From Candidatus Saccharimonadota bacterium (GTDB lineage: Bacteria; Patescibacteriota; Microgenomatia; UBA1406; GWC2-37-13): DNA of 32,000 bases. A model generated the notes under the pieces. That model ran no database searches. It saw only the letters and a program-made list of their open reading frames with translations, and was not told where the DNA came from. Positions 6,128 through 14,329 of the stretch are shown here, piece after piece. The position numbers and the translations under genes were made by a program. The stretch lies in contig CP065004.1 in assembly GCA_016700135.1 (NCBI GenBank), forward strand, positions 360,001 to 392,000, written 5' to 3'. The number at the start of each line of letters is the position of its first letter. The first letter of the stretch is position 1.

Positions 6128-8167
6128 TTACATTCCTTCTGTTTCAGCAGCCTTTTTCTTGTAGACATATACTGCTAGCAGCGCACCGGCTCCTCCTACA
6201 AGAAGAAGCAAGATTGCGGCAACAAGGATCATCGGGTTCCGCTCACCTTCTTCAGTCGTTTCTGCTTGCTGAGTAGCCTGTTTGTCTTTTGTCTGGTCTT
6301 CAGTCATGATCGGACTGACCTGCTGTTCGGGTACAAATTCCGGAGTGACTGTGCGGCGCGGATTAGTCGTTGCGGTAACCGGAGTGTATAAAGCAATCTG
6401 CTCCGCCGTCAGGAACTCTTTATTCTGATTGAGATAATCTGCAATCCTGAGTTCTGCAGTCGGCTTGTACTCTTCTCCGTCTGCTGTCAGGTACTTGATG
6501 ATATACGGTTCTTTCGGGATATTTTCTGATGTAATTCTGTAGAAACCGTTATTATCAATCGGCGCAACATATTGAGGCACCGGCATACTGATGAGGTACA
6601 GGCCTACATATCCTCCGCGGATAAGCTTTCCGTCTTGATCGTATGCATAACCTTCCAGATAGGAAGGGATTGAATTGAGGGCAAAGCCGCCTTTCAACGA
6701 TTCTGTCTCAGATGACGTCATTGTCTGAAGATTTATCTTTCTGAATGACCTCTTGTAATATTCACCGGGTTGAAGCTCTGACTGCTTCAAAGTTACATTA
6801 AATCTTCCTTCTTTGTCAGCCCCACCGTTAAGTTTTCCGAAGATTTTTCTGTCACCGCAGACCTCAACACCGTTGTTCAGCCTACAGGTGTCAACAATAA
6901 CTTCGGCAAACGGATGTGAGACGCGCCCCTGAAATATGAGATCTCCGTTTGCTGCCGTTTTACTTTCGGAAGACAGGACAACCAAATCATAAGTTTTTCC
7001 AATGCCGTCCGTCGGTATAAACGGAATATCTCTGTGTTGGATAGCACCTCTTTGAAGAATTGCCGGGGAATCATTGAGATAAAAGTCAGAATAAATCTGG
7101 GCAGCATTTCCTTTTTGAGTCCAGTCTTTGGTCAAAGGATGGACATAACTTGCCAAGACCGGTGTCAGTCGATAGTCACCGTCCTCGACAAAGAATGAGA
7201 AGTCTCCGGCTGATCCTGTCATAAACGGATTCATAATCAGATTGTTTCGCTGCTTTGCATATCCTGCATCAAATGCCCCTTGAGGGTTTTTCTGAAGGAG
7301 TGAAACGGAAACACCCGGGATCGGTTCAAGTGACACAGAGTCAAAGACACGACCGTACGGATCCCAACCCGGTCCGAAATCACACTCATCCTGCTGGAAC
7401 TCCGTGACATCCCTCCATGTCAATTGGTCCTGTTGTTGTCCGCCCGTCCCCGATGCATCACGGCTTGCCGGTGTCGGGAGTACCTCCGGAACATAGTAGA
7501 CGACGTATTTACGTCTTGCCGCATACATCGTATATCCCTGTACTTCTCCGAACGTGACATTCAACTTCCCGGTTGCGTCTGTTTTCAGTTCTGTTGACGC
7601 ATCTGCTTGTCTGAACGGATCATTAACATCATTCAGATCTGAATTGGATTTATAGAAAAATCCGTGAGTATCGTTTAAGACAAATGAAGCCCCGTCACGA
7701 TTTTTGACGGTGTCGCCGTTTATTCCGTATGTGACACGATCAAGCTGATTGAGGTATGATTTCACGTCACAGGATGCACTGTCGCTTCCTCCAGCACAAT
7801 AAAATTGTTTATCGTTTTCCGAAAAACCGGTCGTACAGTACCAGTCAGCTTCACCGTCATTGTTATCATCACGTGCCGGTTCATCAGGCTTTATACATTC
7901 CATAAGAATGACTTTTTGGCCCGCAGGAATTGACAGTCCCCGGAAATCAAGCTGTGCGCGATGTCCCCAGTGCGAACTTGTATGAATCAGATCTGCCTGA
8001 GGATTATTTTTTGAAAGAGGGGCACAGTTCTCATTTCCTGCTCCGCCGCCACAGTGCTTGAAGGGCACACAAAGCGGCTGCCACACTGCAGGAGGAGTTT
8101 CTGCCGAAACGGTTTGAGGAATAATTAAAAGGGTTAGTAAAAGAAGGAAAATGCGTATATGTCTCAT
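6128..8167 (-). CDS. secreted, C-terminally membrane-anchored surface protein with carboxypeptidase-regulatory-like beta-sandwich modules (adhesin-like)
   Basis: Signal peptide MRHIRIFLLLLTLLIIPQTVSAE. Two segments have the G-x-V-x-D...G-x-F/Y-x-F...G-x-Y pattern (GRVFDSVSLEPIPGVSVSL..GDFSFFVEDGDYRL and GYAYDQDGKLIRGGYVGL..NGFYRITSE). C-terminal TM helix ILVAAILLLLVGGAGALLAVYVY followed by KKK. Confidence 0.7.
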   Translation of the reverse strand: MRHIRIFLLLLTLLIIPQTVSAETPPAVWQPLCVPFKHCGGGAGNENCAPLSKNNPQADLIHTSSHWGHRAQLDFRGLSIPAGQKVILMECIKPDEPARDDNNDGEADWYCTTGFSENDKQFYCAGGSDSASCDVKSYLNQLDRVTYGINGDTVKNRDGASFVLNDTHGFFYKSNSDLNDVNDPFRQADASTELKTDATGKLNVTFGEVQGYTMYAARRKYVVYYVPEVLPTPASRDASGTGGQQQDQLTWRDVTEFQQDECDFGPGWDPYGRVFDSVSLEPIPGVSVSLLQKNPQGAFDAGYAKQRNNLIMNPFMTGSAGDFSFFVEDGDYRLTPVLASYVHPLTKDWTQKGNAAQIYSDFYLNDSPAILQRGAIQHRDIPFIPTDGIGKTYDLVVLSSESKTAANGDLIFQGRVSHPFAEVIVDTCRLNNGVEVCGDRKIFGKLNGGADKEGRFNVTLKQSELQPGEYYKRSFRKINLQTMTSSETESLKGGFALNSIPSYLEGYAYDQDGKLIRGGYVGLYLISMPVPQYVAPIDNNGFYRITSENIPKEPYIIKYLTADGEEYKPTAELRIADYLNQNKEFLTAEQIALYTPVTATTNPRRTVTPEFVPEQQVSPIMTEDQTKDKQATQQAETTEEGERNPMILVAAILLLLVGGAGALLAVYVYKKKAAETEGM

Positions 8168-8173
8168 AATTAC

Positions 8174-8224
8174 ATAATTGCAGAGAAATACAATATTGTC
8201 AATCTTCTTTATCTATACTAATAT
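8174..8224. promoter_or_regulatory. back-to-back divergent promoters with overlapping -35 hexamers
   Basis: Plus strand: TTGTCA (8196-8201), 17 nt, TAATAT (8219-8224). Minus strand: TTGACA (revcomp of 8197-8202), 17 nt, AATTAT (revcomp of 8174-8179), which is 6 nt before ATG 8167. Confidence 0.55.
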
Positions 8225-8257
8225 GAAATAAGAGGCATATCTCTTAACCCTTTGTTT

Positions 8258-11200
8258 ATGAACATACGTAAGCTCATCATCATCGCAGCTTTTTTCTTCT
8301 TTTTTGTCCCGGCTAAACCGGTGAGTGCACAGATGGATTTTTACGGTTTTCCGCCTGTTGATAAGCCTCCGATTTTCTGCGGAAACCGCGAATCTCTGAC
8401 ATGTCCGAATGAAGTCGAGCCGATATATCAGGCCCTGCGTGATGCTGGGGAAAAAGACATATGTGCGACGAGCTACGCGGATTTCCTAACAGATCCGAAA
8501 ACAAAACATTACTGGATAGAAGACCCTGCCATTACGGCTCAGGGAAAAGCCGATGAACGTGCCAGACAGTTTTTGTACTGGGTCCTGAATACCAGCGCAA
8601 TTGACAATGCACGAGTTCTTACTGATATTTGGCAGTATACTGCGATGCTTGCTCTCTTCGGTGTAGTACTCGTAGCAGCTGTCTTCGGAATCGGCTATAT
8701 CATCAGTCAGCGTACAAACTATGACTTTAAAATCCGGATCTGGCCGACGATTATCAAAATAGGAACCATGTTGTTGTATGTGGCCTTCTCAGCTTCTATC
8801 GTGTTTTTCCTGATCCAGTTCTCGGAGGTCCTGATGAAATTTTCATACGAAAATCTGGGAGGTCAGAAGCTCTTTAATATATACTTTGCGGCAGACGACA
8901 ATCTTCTTGGCCGGACTGAAGCCAGCTACACAACATTCGTCGGCTGTCGTGACCTGAATATCCGTGTGCAGGAAGGAGTCGATGCTGAAATCTTTATGCT
9001 GAAACTGACCAATGTCAGTTACTACGTGATGGGAAGCATGCTCCTCTTGAGAAAAATTCTTCTCTGGTTTTTGCTTTTTGTATCGCCGTTTTTGGCGCTT
9101 CTTATGCCGTTTATTTTTATCAGGAACACGGGATGGATTTGGATCGGAGTATTTTTTCAGTGGCTTTTTTACGGACCTCTTCTCACTCTCTTTTTAGGTG
9201 CAATGGCAAAAATTTGGGAGTACGGTATTCCCTTTAGTTTTGACTTTTCACGTGTTGAAAAAATCGGCGGGTATATTTATCCGACAGGTATAAATATCGT
9301 ATACGGAGGACCTGCTCAAAGAATCTATGGAGCCGCTTCAGAAATACCTTCCCGTCCTATTAGCGCCATGAACAACGGCAGCTATGTCGACACCTTTGCC
9401 GAATATGTCATCACACTTCTCATGCTGTGGGCTGTCACATTCTTCCCCTGGTGGCTCCTTCGAATTTTCCGTGATTATTGCTGTGATGGGATATATGCTA
9501 TGAAGAATATTCTTCTGGCAATGTATGACAACATGCGCGGCGGACCTTCAAAAGGACCTACTCCATCCGGCCCCACAGGTCCTACTATGAAGTTGGATCG
9601 AAATATCCCGATCGAAACCGATATTAAAGTCTCTCTCGGATCACTTGCCCAGATGAAGAAATCCATGACAATCGATCTGGCGAAGAACCTCAATCTTTCC
9701 GCTTCCCGTATCACGGATATCGCAAGAGTCGAAACAAACAAGCAGATGCAAAGTGTCGTGAACCAAAATCTCACCTTCCTCGCAAATCCAGTAAAAGCGC
9801 AAAGACCTGCCGAAAGACAGCAGTATATGAATCTGCGGTCTGAGCTTTTTGCACGAGCTATTAAGAATGACTCAATGGCCCGCACGATCCTTGCCTCTAC
9901 TTCGACATCCGTGTCCGAGAAAACAAAGATCCGCGAATCGATCATCAAATCAATGCCTCAGACAATTACGATTTCTCAGGTTGTGACCGAAGAGACCCAC
10001 GTGCCGAAAGAAAAAGTCACGAATATAACAAATACCTATACCAAGAATATTACCAACAATACAAAAGCTATAGAATCGATTGCAAGATCCACGAACACTC
10101 CTCCGCAGATTGTAAACAACATTTTGAACTCATATAACAAGACAACGAACAGTCCAGTATCCAAAGTCGTCAACAATATTGCCAAAGAGAATAACACTTC
10201 AGTGAGTACCGTAAAACAGGTCCTCCAGCAGGCAGGTACAATCAGCTCACAGGCACATATGCTCCGACAGATTGCCACGGTGGAAAAACTGGACAGTAAA
10301 CAGATTACGAAGGTTCTGACCAGTATCAGATCCTCAGTCACCCGTGAAGAATCTACCGTCCAGGCAGTGGCCTCAACTACCCAACTTCCGCCGCCTCAGG
10401 TCGAACAGCTTGTCCAGCAGGCTTTTACTTCCGCAGTATCAAATGAACAGGTGATTGAGCAAATCGCACCGCCGACCGGTCAGCCGACAGTAATTGTCAA
10501 AGCGGTCGTCCAGTCTTTCGTCAAAAACATGAGTATGCCTGCAACGAGATTGGTAGAAAAAATTTCCGATGAGACAAAAGTCGAAAGAAGTACCGTTTCC
10601 CGTATCCTGAATCAGACATCAAAAGTAATGGAAAACAGCACTCTGGTGAAAGAAGTGGCCGAGAAAAATAATGTCACCACTCATGACGTCCAGACCGTCA
10701 TTGAAAAAGCCGTAGAAGTCTCAACAGTACAGACAAATCAGCCGGCCATTGCCGGTGTCGTCAAAGCAGCATCAAGTCAAACCACTGTAACTTCAAAAAC
10801 AATCCAAAATGTCATCAACGAAATTGCAAACAACCCAACAACAATCAAAAGCGTCGCAAATCAAACGAACATGCAGGAACATGAAGTTTCCAGTGTCATC
10901 AAAAGTTATGCCAATAACCTGAACCAAACGTCCGAGAATATCACTCACAAGATTGCACAGGAAACACAAATAAATGAAGGACAGGTCCAGAACATTCTGC
11001 AGAATGTTTCACAGGCAGTAACAAACTCGAAGACCGAACAAGCAACGATCGCAAAATCATCAAATGTCCAGAATGAAACCGTGCAGAAGATTTCACAGTC
11101 CATAGGCAGAACCGTTGAGGTTTCAAAAGACAAAACGGCACCGGCTGTCCAAAACATTGCAACCGCCTCATCCAGCGAAAGTACGACTATTCAGCAGATT

Positions 11201-12910
11201 CTTGAGACCTTCAGTCAGAACACAAACCTCACTACTCAGGTTGCTGAAGAAACCAATATGGAACAGCAGACTGTCTCACAGGTCCTCCAGTCATTCAGCA
11301 CCCATCTGAATGAATCCTCAAACACCATTATCAAATCAGTGGCATCAGACACAAAGGTGAGCGAAGAACATGTGAATTCAATTATTCAGTCAGCTGCAAC
11401 CGCTGTCTCAAATTCAAATACCTATCAGGAACAAATCACCCAGATTACGAATGCTCCTGTTGAAACAATCAAACAGATTGCTCAATCAGTCACGACTATC
11501 ACTCAAAAAACTGATACGACCCCGGTTGCAGATACCATCATTACGGATACCGCGACTAGTACAGCCTTGACAGAAGGAGATGTCACCAATGTCATCCAGA
11601 CATTTGCATCCAATGAAGAACTTATAAATCAGGTGGCACAGCATACTCAGATCGATGCAGCAACAGTCAAAAATGCATATGCCAGTTATACGCAGCACCT
11701 GACCGAGGCTCCGACAGAACTGGTGAAATCCGTGGCTACTGAAACTAACCTGACCCAGGAACAGGTCCAGAATATCATGCAGTCTTCTTCTGAAATATTG
11801 ACAAATGCTCCGCAAACTGTCACCCAGATCGCACAAACCACGAACATGTCCGAAAGCAATGTACAGAAGATTGCCAATGCAATGCCTCAATCAGTAACAA
11901 CTACTGCCGGACCGGAGACATCTATCATCAAACAGGTTTCACAGCAATCAAATATCTCAGAGACCGAATCACAGAAGATTATCCACAATCTTATGATGAC
12001 CGCCATCCAAAACGAAACCTTTGTCGAAAACCTGGCCAATCAGACACAGCTGAAAACACAGCAGGTGAAAAACATTATGTCAACCTATGCCAATAACATC
12101 AATCAGCCGTCAGAAAAAATTGTCCAGACAATCAACGAATCATCAGGAATACCAAAAGCAAGTGTCCAGACAGTTCTCATAACCCTTGCTGACTCCGTCA
12201 TCTCATCCGATCAGATCGTGGCACAGGTAGCCGAACAGGAAGGAATGGAACCTCAGCAGGTCAGCGATGTCATGCAGAAGCAGATGGAAGTAGCAAGCGA
12301 ACCGGAAAAACATATCGAAAAAACAATCTCGATTCCTCAGAGTATCTCACTCGAAGACTATGAGGAAGTGAAAGACATGTGGACTAAGCACTATGAGGAA
12401 GGTGAAGTTCCCGTCACGGATACGATCCAAACCCGAAAAGACTGGGTCGATCAGGAGATTGTATATATCACAAATACCCTCAATAAAATCCTCTCACCTG
12501 ATGAGCGTATGCAGCAGGAAGGACTGGACGAGCTCGGCTATCTCCTCCCGATTTTCCTGATCAACAACCTGAAGGGAGAGGAACTGATCGTGTATCTGAA
12601 AGCGAAGCTCGAAGCCGCCAAATTGACACAAAAGATACTCGAGCGCGAAGAAGCCGTAAAAGACCAGATGAAGAAAGATCAGGGCGAGGAAGAAGAAGTC
12701 CTGGTCGATGTGGCAAAGAAAGAAGAAGAAAATAAAGAAATGCACATGGATCTGGATGACGAAGAACAGGCTCCGAAAAGCATCGAAGACCGAGTCAAAG
12801 CCGTCCAAGAAAAGCTCGAATCTGTAGACACCCCCGAACCGACCGGTGATCAGACCGCCGATTCCATCAATGCCATTAAATCAAAACTACAAGAAAAGGC
12901 TGACAAGTGA
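8258..12910 (+). CDS. giant (~1550 aa) polytopic membrane protein, possibly TrbL/VirB6-like at the N-terminus, with a long HTH-like repeat tail and an acidic coiled-coil C-terminus
   Basis: Signal peptide MNIRKLIIIAAFFFFFVPAKPVSAQ (ATG 8258 preferred over the TTG at 8252). At least 5 TM helices in aa ~130-410, a Gly/Pro linker GGPSKGPTPSGPTGPT, ~25 degenerate repeats, then a KE-rich tail. The VirB6-like assignment is inferred from topology and the pilin neighbourhood only. Confidence 0.8.
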   Translation: MNIRKLIIIAAFFFFFVPAKPVSAQMDFYGFPPVDKPPIFCGNRESLTCPNEVEPIYQALRDAGEKDICATSYADFLTDPKTKHYWIEDPAITAQGKADERARQFLYWVLNTSAIDNARVLTDIWQYTAMLALFGVVLVAAVFGIGYIISQRTNYDFKIRIWPTIIKIGTMLLYVAFSASIVFFLIQFSEVLMKFSYENLGGQKLFNIYFAADDNLLGRTEASYTTFVGCRDLNIRVQEGVDAEIFMLKLTNVSYYVMGSMLLLRKILLWFLLFVSPFLALLMPFIFIRNTGWIWIGVFFQWLFYGPLLTLFLGAMAKIWEYGIPFSFDFSRVEKIGGYIYPTGINIVYGGPAQRIYGAASEIPSRPISAMNNGSYVDTFAEYVITLLMLWAVTFFPWWLLRIFRDYCCDGIYAMKNILLAMYDNMRGGPSKGPTPSGPTGPTMKLDRNIPIETDIKVSLGSLAQMKKSMTIDLAKNLNLSASRITDIARVETNKQMQSVVNQNLTFLANPVKAQRPAERQQYMNLRSELFARAIKNDSMARTILASTSTSVSEKTKIRESIIKSMPQTITISQVVTEETHVPKEKVTNITNTYTKNITNNTKAIESIARSTNTPPQIVNNILNSYNKTTNSPVSKVVNNIAKENNTSVSTVKQVLQQAGTISSQAHMLRQIATVEKLDSKQITKVLTSIRSSVTREESTVQAVASTTQLPPPQVEQLVQQAFTSAVSNEQVIEQIAPPTGQPTVIVKAVVQSFVKNMSMPATRLVEKISDETKVERSTVSRILNQTSKVMENSTLVKEVAEKNNVTTHDVQTVIEKAVEVSTVQTNQPAIAGVVKAASSQTTVTSKTIQNVINEIANNPTTIKSVANQTNMQEHEVSSVIKSYANNLNQTSENITHKIAQETQINEGQVQNILQNVSQAVTNSKTEQATIAKSSNVQNETVQKISQSIGRTVEVSKDKTAPAVQNIATASSSESTTIQQILETFSQNTNLTTQVAEETNMEQQTVSQVLQSFSTHLNESSNTIIKSVASDTKVSEEHVNSIIQSAATAVSNSNTYQEQITQITNAPVETIKQIAQSVTTITQKTDTTPVADTIITDTATSTALTEGDVTNVIQTFASNEELINQVAQHTQIDAATVKNAYASYTQHLTEAPTELVKSVATETNLTQEQVQNIMQSSSEILTNAPQTVTQIAQTTNMSESNVQKIANAMPQSVTTTAGPETSIIKQVSQQSNISETESQKIIHNLMMTAIQNETFVENLANQTQLKTQQVKNIMSTYANNINQPSEKIVQTINESSGIPKASVQTVLITLADSVISSDQIVAQVAEQEGMEPQQVSDVMQKQMEVASEPEKHIEKTISIPQSISLEDYEEVKDMWTKHYEEGEVPVTDTIQTRKDWVDQEIVYITNTLNKILSPDERMQQEGLDELGYLLPIFLINNLKGEELIVYLKAKLEAAKLTQKILEREEAVKDQMKKDQGEEEEVLVDVAKKEEENKEMHMDLDDEEQAPKSIEDRVKAVQEKLESVDTPEPTGDQTADSINAIKSKLQEKADK
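9677..12290 (+). repeat. protein-level tandem array of ~25 degenerate ~30-34-aa helix-turn-helix-like units in ~130-aa super-repeats
   Basis: Recurrent [IVL]xx[IV][AS]xx[TS]x[IVLM]xxxx[IV]xx[IV][ILM], for example ISDETKVERSTVSRILNQ, IAQETQINEGQVQNILQN, VAEETNMEQQTVSQVLQS. Every fourth unit ends in [ST][YF]xxx[LI]N, at nt ~10130, 10514, 10904, 11291, 11684 and 12083. Confidence 0.75.
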
Positions 12911-12934
12911 GGCTGAAGTTGATACAATACCTAC

Positions 12935-13474
12935 ATGAGTTATTATGATGAACAACAGGAAATTGCTCACGTTGATGAGCATGATACTATTCTTGACTCC
13001 GTTGAAAAATGGACAGCACACAAGAAGGGACTTCTTCACCGTGCGATAACTGTGGCAGTTTTCTACAACGACTATGCCATTCTGCAGCATCGGAAGCATC
13101 CCGTATTTGACAATGTATTTGATCTTTCAGTTTCCTCTCACCAGCTGATGATAAACGGAGAAATTGAAGCTGATGAAATTACTTTATACCGTACGATACA
13201 GCGTGAACTCGGTTTGACAGAGGAGCATTTGATTCAGAAACCGGTACACGACGGTTCTATTTATTACAAAGCAAAAGATCCCCATTCCGACTACATTGAG
13301 CATGAAGTCTGTCATATTTATACTTGCCGTACGAAAATCGTTCCTAAAATCAATCTTGAGTTTGCATACGGCTACTCTTTGCAGAAAGTTGAAGAAATTA
13401 AAAATAAAAAAAGCCCTCTCTACTCCATTCTGGCTCCCTGGGTCAAAGAGATGATTGCGAAAGAACTGATTTGA
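12935..13474 (+). CDS. idi: type 1 isopentenyl-diphosphate delta-isomerase-like Nudix-fold protein
   Basis: GLLHRAITV.., ..SVSSHQ.., ..RELGL.., ..EHEVCHIY.. and ..APWV.. align by eye with the E. coli Idi motifs (LHLAFS, SVCGHP, YELGV, ENEVCPVF, SPWM). TACAAT lies 6 nt upstream of the ATG. Confidence 0.7.
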   Translation: MSYYDEQQEIAHVDEHDTILDSVEKWTAHKKGLLHRAITVAVFYNDYAILQHRKHPVFDNVFDLSVSSHQLMINGEIEADEITLYRTIQRELGLTEEHLIQKPVHDGSIYYKAKDPHSDYIEHEVCHIYTCRTKIVPKINLEFAYGYSLQKVEEIKNKKSPLYSILAPWVKEMIAKELI

Positions 13475-13483
13475 AATTCTTAT

Positions 13484-14314
13484 TCAGATACCTGACATCA
13501 ATCCCTCGGAACGTTCCAGTGCATTATTGTAAAGGTCCATGAGTTCACGAAACTGCGGCGAAATCTCCAAGGGCTTCCCGTCTATCTGAGAAATAGGGAT
13601 AATTTTGGTACTGGTACTGCTCAAAAACGCCCCATCGTATGAAAGAAGTGAGGTATACGGAATGCGTTTGTATTGTAGGGTAAAAGGTGATTCCCGGATG
13701 GCCTTTTCCAGTGTCATCATAGTCACACCTTCCAACACGTCTTCTTTCGGAGGGGAAAATATTTTTTTTCCTTTCATTACATAAAAATTCGTTCGTGTTC
13801 CTTCCCTGATATTAAGAGCGTTGTCAACAAAAAGAGCATCGTAATGTCCTTCTTTTTTTGCCTGGGTAAAGTAATAATAACTCGGAAGCATATTCAGTGA
13901 TTTTGCCTGCGGCATCCACCGTTCATAAACGAAACTGCAGACACTTACTCCGTCCCGGTACCATATCCTTTTCGGGAAAAAGGGAGCAAGCGGGAACAAA
14001 TACAATGTCGCCTCTTCCGGATTCTGACTTCCCATGAGAAGCATTTTAAGGTTGAGTGCGTCTTCGGAAAGTTCAGTCAGCAGTGCATGGATCGAAGCCT
14101 CAACTTCTTTTGCAGTAAACGGATGTTGAAGCTCTATACACGACGCAGAATGAAACAACCGATCGATATGATTTTCTGCAAAATAGAGTGTTCTGTTTCG
14201 TACTTTCATGGTTTCGTAAACACCGAAACCATACATTGTCTCAATACGTTCTGCAGGAATTTGAGCTTCTGACAGAGGCTTGATCTGTCCGTTAACGGAA
14301 AAAATCTGTTTCAT
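13484..14314 (-). CDS. class IV (fold type IV) PLP aminotransferase, D-amino-acid / branched-chain type
   Basis: YGFGVYETMKV.., ..AKSLNMLPSYY..A...G.DALFVD.. with the candidate catalytic Lys, and ..REGTRTNFYVMKGKKIFSPP..VLEGVT.. are the family signatures. Confidence 0.85.
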   Translation of the reverse strand: MKQIFSVNGQIKPLSEAQIPAERIETMYGFGVYETMKVRNRTLYFAENHIDRLFHSASCIELQHPFTAKEVEASIHALLTELSEDALNLKMLLMGSQNPEEATLYLFPLAPFFPKRIWYRDGVSVCSFVYERWMPQAKSLNMLPSYYYFTQAKKEGHYDALFVDNALNIREGTRTNFYVMKGKKIFSPPKEDVLEGVTMMTLEKAIRESPFTLQYKRIPYTSLLSYDGAFLSSTSTKIIPISQIDGKPLEISPQFRELMDLYNNALERSEGLMSGI

Positions 14315-14329
14315 ATGAGTTGCATTATA

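Noticed and set aside
9677-12290. Idea that the many N-x-S/T sequons in the repeat tail mark it as an N-glycosylation substrate of the nearby GT-C enzymes
   Set aside because: Sequon frequency is expected from the N/S/T-rich composition. Only occasional sites have the acidic -2 residue needed by known bacterial OSTs, and no PglB-type WWDYG enzyme is identifiable. It cannot be supported from sequence alone.
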